64,000 nt of DNA from the human T2T-CHM13v2.0 reference genome, Homo sapiens, in the NCBI RefSeq assembly GCF_009914755.1, contig NC_060926.1, one strand, 5' to 3'. The notes beneath the pieces were generated by a model. That model worked only from the letters and a program-made list of their open reading frames with translations. It ran no database searches and was not told the origin of the DNA. Position 1 is the first letter of the stretch, and the number at the start of each line of letters is the position of its first letter. The translations under genes were made by a program, and so were the position numbers. Of this stretch, positions 55,977 through 64,000 are shown piece after piece.

Positions 55977-56410
55977 GTATTAGTAAACAGTTGCTGTATA
56001 AAACACATTATTGAAATATAGTGACTTAAAACTGTAATTACTTATTGTTAGTCTCCATGTTAGCTAGGAGCCAGCTGATTGAGACTGGGCTTGACCGTAG
56101 CAATGCTATTCCATGTGTCTTTCATCATTCTCCCAGGCCAGTGGGCTGGCCTAAGCACCTTCTTTTTCCAGACCTGACCAACTTAAGAAAAACAAAAAAA
56201 AGCAGGAACATACAAGGACTCCGAAGGCCTGGACTTAGAAATGGTTCACTGTGACATCTGCCTCATTCTGTTAGCACAACAAGTCAGATGGCCAAGCCCA
56301 AAATCAAGGGGCAAAGAAAGAGACTCTCTGTTTAGTGAAAAGTAACATGACAAAGTGTGTATGCATACAAGGAGGGGAAAAATATAGGGTTAATAATATT
56401 ATATATCACA
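55977..56410 (-). mobile_element. Old MLT1 (I/J-like) LTR
   Basis: TTGCTGTATAAAAC..AGTGACTTAAAAC..ACAAGTCAGATGGCCAAGCCCAAAATCAAGGGG. Confidence 0.5.
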
Positions 56411-56411
56411 T

Positions 56412-56863
56412 TGTATTAGTTCGTTAGGGTTGCTGTAACAAATTATCACACATTTTATGGCTTTAAGCACTAGATATTTTAATTCTCTCATAGTTCATGA
56501 GGTCAGAAGCCCAAAACTGAAATGTTGGTGAATTAGCTCCTTTTGGAGGCTCTGTGGAGGAATATTTCAGGCATCTCTTCTGCTTCTGATGACTACAGAC
56601 AATCTTGCTCTTCCCAAGCATTGTAGAGGCCTCATTCCAATCCCTGCCTTCATCTTCACGTGACCTTTCTAATTGTGTCTCAGTTTCTCCTTCTTTGTCT
56701 CTTATAAGGAAACTCACCATATTTAAGGACTAATCTAATTTAGAATGACCTTTTCTCAAGATCCTTACCCTAATTATATCAGCAAAGATCTTTATTAAAA
56801 AAATCACATTCTGCGGTTCCAGGTGGACCTATCTATTTTAGGGATTACTATGTAACTCACTAC
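56412..56863 (-). mobile_element. MLT1C-like MaLR solo LTR
   Basis: TGTATTAGTT..GGGTTGCTGTAACAAATTA..CCAATCCCTGCCTTCATCTTCACGTGA..CTCAAGATCCTTA..CACTACA. Confidence 0.75.
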
Positions 56864-57375
56864 ACCAATTCATTTCATATTATATTGTTTTGGGGATGTT
56901 TTACAATGCAAATCACTGCTTATAATTTAGTGTTTCAATTTAACACCTTGATTTTATATTTATTTGAAGTCATTTTAATTCCTTGATAATTCATTATTCA
57001 GTATTCAAGTACCACAGGCTTTTCAGTCTTAACTAAACCAAATTTTGATATGATTAAAATTTTTCCTATATGAAAATACTGAGTCACCTAATATATTTTG
57101 CTACTAACATGAAAATAAGATTTAACATGTGAAAAAGAAATGAATGTAATATGCAGGTTTGACTTAATTTAGATGTACAAATGTCACCTGGAATTGTTAC
57201 TAAAACCTTGAACAGCTAATAATAGAAACATGACATCATATGCTTCTTAATTTTACATGTTGTTAGGGCATATTTTGGTTCTGCACACATGAATGTAATA
57301 GATATCAGTCATATATAAAACAAGTCACAAACTGATAATTTTTTACAAGTTTTGGGAGGCACACAGCAAACACTC

Positions 57376-57416
57376 TGTCTCTGCCTCTCTCTCTCACACA
57401 CACACACAAACACACA
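57376..57416. repeat. (CT)n(CA)n microsatellite
   Basis: Direct reading. Confidence 0.8.
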
Positions 57417-58673
57417 TGCAAGCAAACAAAACCTAATAATACAAATTATTTGACAGCAAACGTGTTGATTCAAACCTAAGAAATCTGAAAATATTTATTC
57501 AAATGTAGCTAAGAGGTTAGGCTGCTTATAATCTCCACTGTCTTCTACAAATAATATAGCAAAATTGTGGAATAAAGCAATGCTAGTGTGAAAGGTGTGG
57601 CCCCACACTGGTGCCAGTTTATGAACTGTGTATTACCACTCCACAAGGAGATAAAGATAAACTCAGGAGTATTGAGCCATGTTTTTAGGCATTTGACATT
57701 ACCTTCACATTCTAAATGTCTGATTATAGGGCTCACCTCATTGAACAAGGTATATAGATCATTCAAGTTGCATGTGGAGTGAGCTGGATGTTAGTCATGC
57801 ATATGTGGGTGATATTTATTTACCAGCTTTAACCCAGAAGTGTATTAAATGTGGAATCCGTTTATTTTGTGAAAAGATAATTTAAATTTTTAGACCTGAC
57901 TACAGGTGAAGAATTGAAGGTATTTTGAGAAAGCAGCATCACTTGCATTTTGGATAATAGTTAGATGTGAATATCCTGAGCATGCTGAAATTGCTTTAAA
58001 ATCTTTTACTCCATTTCCATCCACTTGTCCCTTTGAGATTGGCTTCTCTACTGTGATTCTTTTTGAAACAAAATATAGAAAAATTTTGATATAGATCATC
58101 CACTGAGCATAGTCATCAATCCAACCTGGATATTTGTCAGGTTATGCATTTTAAATATTGATATATGTGGTATTCATTCAAACTGTGAGAACGGACATTT
58201 AATATGGAAATCATTATTTTACCTATAACCTATCTTGAAGTTAGAATTTTCTAATGACAAAAATTATAAGTTTAATAGCAATTATCTATATTAATTTCCT
58301 CTATGGATACTTTTAATAAACAGCATGCAAATTTTACATATTTTTTCTTTTTTCTCATTTTTGTTATATTTATTGAAACATTGCACTGTCTAGTGAATTT
58401 ATTTAAAAAATTGGGTATATGAAAAGTTATTGATCTTTGCATTTTCAGCTTTTATTTTCCCAGTAATACTTTTTTATTTTTGTGATTTAAAGGTGTATTG
58501 GTCCACAGTGGCTTGGTATTTAAAATAAAATGGTGAATAGTTTGAGATGCAATATGGTAGATGACTTGACTAGATTTTGGGAATTGTCCAGAAATAAGTA
58601 GTATACTGAACAATTCTGAAAAGATAGTGTAATCAATAACAGTACTCCAAGTGTCAAAAATACATGGAAAGTT

Positions 58674-59021
<348 letters not shown>

Positions 59022-59530
59022 TTATAATGGTACTCAGAATTATATGAATATACATAATCATAATTTTTGGCTCATCAATAACACTTAAGTCTTTTTGATT
59101 TTGCACATGAAATATTCAAACCAACATATCCTAATTTAGTACTTCACAAGGAGTACTTGACGGTAATATCATCAAAGAAGTGTCATGTTACCAAGGAAAT
59201 AAGGGATTGTTTTCCTAATTACTTTTTCCATCAAAAGTGGTTTAGAATTGCTCTTCCTATTGGCAAATAAAACATTAAAATATAGCCATTAGATGCTGCT
59301 GTATTTTACTGTTTTAGAAGTAAAAATTCAGAAAAACACCTTATTTTAGAAAGGCATAATGGTGTAGCAGTTTATAAAAATTGATCCCTTTCCAATTGTT
59401 AACAGGCAATAATGACAACATATAGGTAGAATTTTTGAGCATATGAAATATATTAGACATCCACTACACACACACCCTTTATTTGCATAGATTCCTTTTG
59501 ATGCCCCAAAGAAGGCTGTGATTTGGGTGC

Positions 59531-59834
59531 TGTGATGGTCTTTTGATTTGTCACCTTGTCTAGTCTACAGCCCTCAGTTATTCAACCAAACACTAACTGT
59601 TGCTATGAACGTATTATGTAGATGTGAGACAGCTGACGTTAAATAAAAAGATTATTCTAGATAATTTTTTGGCCCTGAATCAATCAGTAGAAAGGTCTTA
59701 ATAGAAGAGCTGAGGCTGTCTTGATGAAGAATTTCTGCTTTTGTATAGTAGTTACAGCCCATGCCTGAGAGCTTTTCCCCCCTGTGGAACTTATACTTGC
59801 CTAGGCCACCCAAAATTGTGTACGCCAATTCCTT

Positions 59835-59885
<51 letters not shown>

Positions 59886-59966
59886 GTGTGTATATATATG
59901 TGTGTATGTGTAAATGTGTGTGTGTGTGTGTGTGTACACACACACATATATGAGAACTCTGACTAT
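59531..59966 (+). mobile_element. MLT2-type ERVL LTR inserted in a MIR
   Basis: TGTGATGGT..CAGTTATTCAACCAAACACTAA..CAATCAGTAGAAAGGTCTTAATAG..GAGAACTCTGACTA. Confidence 0.7.
59836..59950. repeat. (TG)n compound microsatellite
   Basis: Direct reading. Confidence 0.95.
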
Positions 59967-61234
59967 TTCAGGGACTATTACCATACCCATTTTATAGAAT
60001 ATAAAAAGTTAAATTCCTTATCTAGGGTGGAGTTAACTTACAGGGGCTGGGATAAGGAACTGTACCTTTACTAACAAGTGCAGAGCTTACACCCTTAAAA
60101 ACCATGTCCTAATATCTTCTAGAATAAAGGGTGTGAGTTATAAATGAACAGTATTTAGGGTTATACGTGATCAGCAGACATTTCACCTGGCTTCCAACCA
60201 TTCCTTAGAAATGAAGAAGTGGACCTTGATATCAGACAGAGCTTTTAACATATTCTTTAGAGTATGTTGAAAATAGAAAACAGTTTACTGAATATAGTTC
60301 TCATTAGTGAAAGTGGGCTAAGACAGGCCCAATTTTTTTCAGGCTAGAATCAGACTCTCATAAGAAATGGTATATATAGATATCTGGAGTGGGAGGATCC
60401 TATTCTACTATTACTGTTAAGATTCTGGCAAAGACTATAGCAGAAAAGACATATTTAGCTCTTCCATTCCTCTTCCCAGCTCCCCATTTAGAATTCTGCT
60501 TTTCAGTTTGGGTATAATGTGCATTTTGCCTTCAAAACGACTTTTTTCTATTTATCTCCACAACAACTCTAAGAAATAGTGTTGTTATTTTCTCTTTTTG
60601 TCAGCCATGAAATGTAAGACTTAAAGAAAATAAAAATAGGCTTGCTTAAGGTCATAGAGCCAGTAAGTGACCAAATCAAAATGTAAAAGCAGTTTTTCCA
60701 AGTCCATTCTACTTTTATGCACCTGCATTTTATTATCTTTCAGGCAGTGTTTCTTTCTTCCATGTTTCTAGACGACCCAATCTATGATTTTAGAAAGAAG
60801 GAAACACCAAGAAAAAATGTTTTACTCATGGTTCATGCAGTGGAAATGACAGAATAAACAAATTTTCCTTTTCTTTTGCTGCACAACAAATTACCACAAA
60901 CTTAGCTATTTATAACAAAATCTGTTTATGAGCTCTGTTTTCATAGTTCTGAAGTCCGACATGGCATGGTTGATCAAGGTCTCAGATGGCTGAAATCAAA
61001 CTGTCAACAAATGCTGTGGTTCTCATCTGGAGTGTGGGATTTTTCCCTAAATCAATGGTTGTTCTAGAATTCATATTCTTCTCATGCTTTTGACACTACC
61101 CACTCTATCTTCAAGCCAACAAGAGTAGGTCAAATCTTCCTCATACTTTGAATCTCCCTGATTTCCCTTCCATCTTGTTCTTCTGATTTTAAGGGCTCTG
61201 TACCACTAGCTGTGTATCGTTGGGGGTCATGTAA

Positions 61235-61550
<316 letters not shown>

Positions 61551-61926
61551 ATGTAAACTCTTAAGGCTTCTTTTCCTTAGATATAGAATCAGATCACTGA
61601 AATTACTTTTTTCTCCCAACAGATTACCTGACACATAGGAATCATTCTAGAGTCTCTTTTGGTCCTAAATTTAAATCATCTGAACAAGTAGCTCAGTAAT
61701 AAAGATGTATTTTTTGCCAAATACGTGCCAAGATTCTCTGATTATACTCAATAAAAGTTCAGTAAATAAGAAAAAGTAAAAAGATGAATATGAGTAGTGC
61801 TTTTCAACTTATCCATATTTCACAAAGGGGGAAATTAAGCAAAACTAATAGAGCTTCTCAGATTCATGACCTCTTTGCAATACTTATGAATTTTATTAAC
61901 TGTTGATTCATGTGAAACCCAGTATC

Positions 61927-62601
61927 TGTGATAGCTATGAGTCATGAACAGCAATTAATTAGACTGGTGTCACTCAAAAACTAAGGCCTAACAGAAGTCA
62001 ATTCTGTAGAAGTCACCCACGTAGACTTTGTCATAAATTTGTTTCATATAGTTGCTGTCCTGACATTAATTTTAAAGCCTGACCTAAGTTCTTTGAAAGT
62101 CAGTTTACCTCATCACCTTTGGCCTAGCTAAAACTTCCTCTCCCTGTGTAGTTGTTTGAAATATAGCCTCATTCCACTGACCCAAACCCCATACACTCAC
62201 AGCTGTTCAACATGATAAAACCTAATAGTCAAACACCAGAGTCTTGTAAATAAGTTCCTCTCTTACTGTGTGTTTTCTGTAAACTAGCCAATCCACAACC
62301 CCTGAAGGAAAGACTCCTCTTCTTTCCCTCCCCCACCAGTTGACCTCTGTACCTCCTCCAGGCTTCCCATAGACTTTGACCAGTGCCCCTAACATCTTTA
62401 GGACCTGTGAGTAATAAATTTCTTCCGTTTTATGCATTTCGATTTTACTTTCGCATTGTTTCTTACCTGAGACATACACCAAAACCTAACTCCCCTACCT
62501 ACTACCCCTTTCATCTGCACTATCATAAAGAGCGGCTATCTTGGCTTCTCACCACTTTCGAGAGAGAGCCCTCAGTATCAAATTAGAAATAAGCCATAAC
62601 A
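61927..62601 (+). mobile_element. ERV1 solo LTR (MER67-like)
   Basis: TG...CA termini, CCAAT at ~62288, CTGTGAGTAATAAA polyA signal, ends AAATTAGAAATAAGCCATAACA. Confidence 0.6.
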
Positions 62602-63390
62602 ATGAAATCACAACTTAATACTGAACAATTAATAAATGATATTTTCAAAGCAAAAAAACTTATAGTTAGGCCTTTGTTGTTCATGGCTCCATATATTATA
62701 GGCAACCATGAAGTTAGTATTTAAAATATAGTCCTTTTTTACAATGTGTTCTTGGGAGGACATTGTCAATGGAGAACAGTTTTAAGTTGTTTTCCTACAT
62801 ATGTGTTGAATTTAAACCTCACCTACCAAAACCACTGTTTTAAATAAACAAAAACTTCTTTAAAAGCCCAAGTTAGCAAAATCAGTTTGCATTAACAGTA
62901 TTGTGACCCTGGGAATGTAGGTATTAATCAAAATATGCTATCTTAAGGAAGACCTGAGAATAGAAATATTATGGAAAAACTTTAATGAGTTAGAGTTTCT
63001 AAAACTTCTAAACTTTGAGACACAAAGATTTATGTGTAGCTGTCTGTGAAGAGACATAGGCTCTTTCTGCTGAGTTTGCATTAATCAATATGTATCACAG
63101 GAAATAGACTCTAAAAGGAAGACTTGCATGCAGAAGGTTTATTAGGAAAGGACCTCAGGATATTCGATTTTAAGAAAGTGAAGGTAGGACTGGGCAGACT
63201 AAGAAGCTTACCTGTAATTTACCTTCAACTTAGGTCTTTGTAACCCCGTATCAACTAGTCATTGCATCCCCTGAGAGGAAGAAAAACCTACAAGACTAGA
63301 CAATTCCTTGTAGTTAAGGACAATTCCCAGTGAGAGACATATCTATGACTCATCAGTAGCCAGTATTTCCAGCAGCTATAGGCTGGGTGC

Positions 63391-63865
63391 TATATTCGTT
63401 TTCTATTGCTGCTGTAACAAGTTACCACTTTGTTGCTTAAAACAACACACATGTATTATGTGAAAGCTCGGAAGGTCAAAAGTCCAAGATTGGTTTCACT
63501 GGGCTAAAATTAAGTGTCAAGAGGGTTTTTCACTGGAGATTCTAGGGAAGAATTCATTTTCTTTCTTCCTTTTTCAGCTTTTAGAGACCACCATCGTACC
63601 TTTGCTTCTGACCTCCTTACATCTTCCAAGTCAGCAGTAATTGCCAATCTAATTTTTCTCATGCTGCATGACTCTAACTGTGACACTTCTTTCTCCTTTT
63701 TTACTTTATTAGAAACCTTGTGATTACATTGAGCCTACCTGAATGATCCAGGATAATCGTCCCATATCAAGGTCAGTTGAGTAGCAACCTTAATTCCATC
63801 GGCAACTTTACATCCTCTTTTCCATGTAACAGACATGTTTGAGGGACTGTTAGTCCACCTACAAC
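63391..63865 (-). mobile_element. MLT1D-like MaLR LTR
   Basis: TTTCTATTGCTGCTGTAACAA..TTTCACTGGGCTAAAAT..CCTTGTGATTACATTGAGCC..ATCCAGGATAATC. Confidence 0.7.
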
Positions 63866-64000
63866 AGGTAAATTCATCCTGAAGAATGAGTGGCGCATAC
63901 AGTATATAGTTGTCAGATTGGTGAATTAGACAGAAAAATAAATAGGGCTGCCTTTATAAATCTTTGAGAGGGGCACTAATTTCTGCCATCTTCTGCCAAA

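Overview
AT-rich, repeat-dense primate (catarrhine/human-like: AluY, L1PA, THE1) intergenic or deep-intronic DNA. I see no intact protein-coding exon, RNA gene or CpG island. The only gene-derived sequence is a disabled, intronless retrocopy of KNOP1 (46261-47602, +). The rest is mostly transposable elements: nine Alus, a near-full-length L1PA (about L1PA5) nested in a MER39-type LTR nested in an old L1M, an L1PB1 with a twin-priming inversion, MaLR/ERV solo LTRs, MER44, L2/MIR/L3 relics and RY microsatellites. I found no support for a new biological system. The most unusual signal is a recurring set of self-templated rearrangements: a ~126-bp palindrome inside an Alu linker, an AT-rich block bounded by perfect 22-bp inverted repeats, an ~82-bp segment copied 2.2 kb downstream into a TA run, a quasi-palindrome mutation that stops L1 ORF2 just before FADD, and short inverted triplications. 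There is also an L1 ORF0-frame ORF re-opened from upstream ATGs. Subfamily names come from consensus sequences recalled from memory and need RepeatMasker/Dfam confirmation; boundaries of old elements are approximate.
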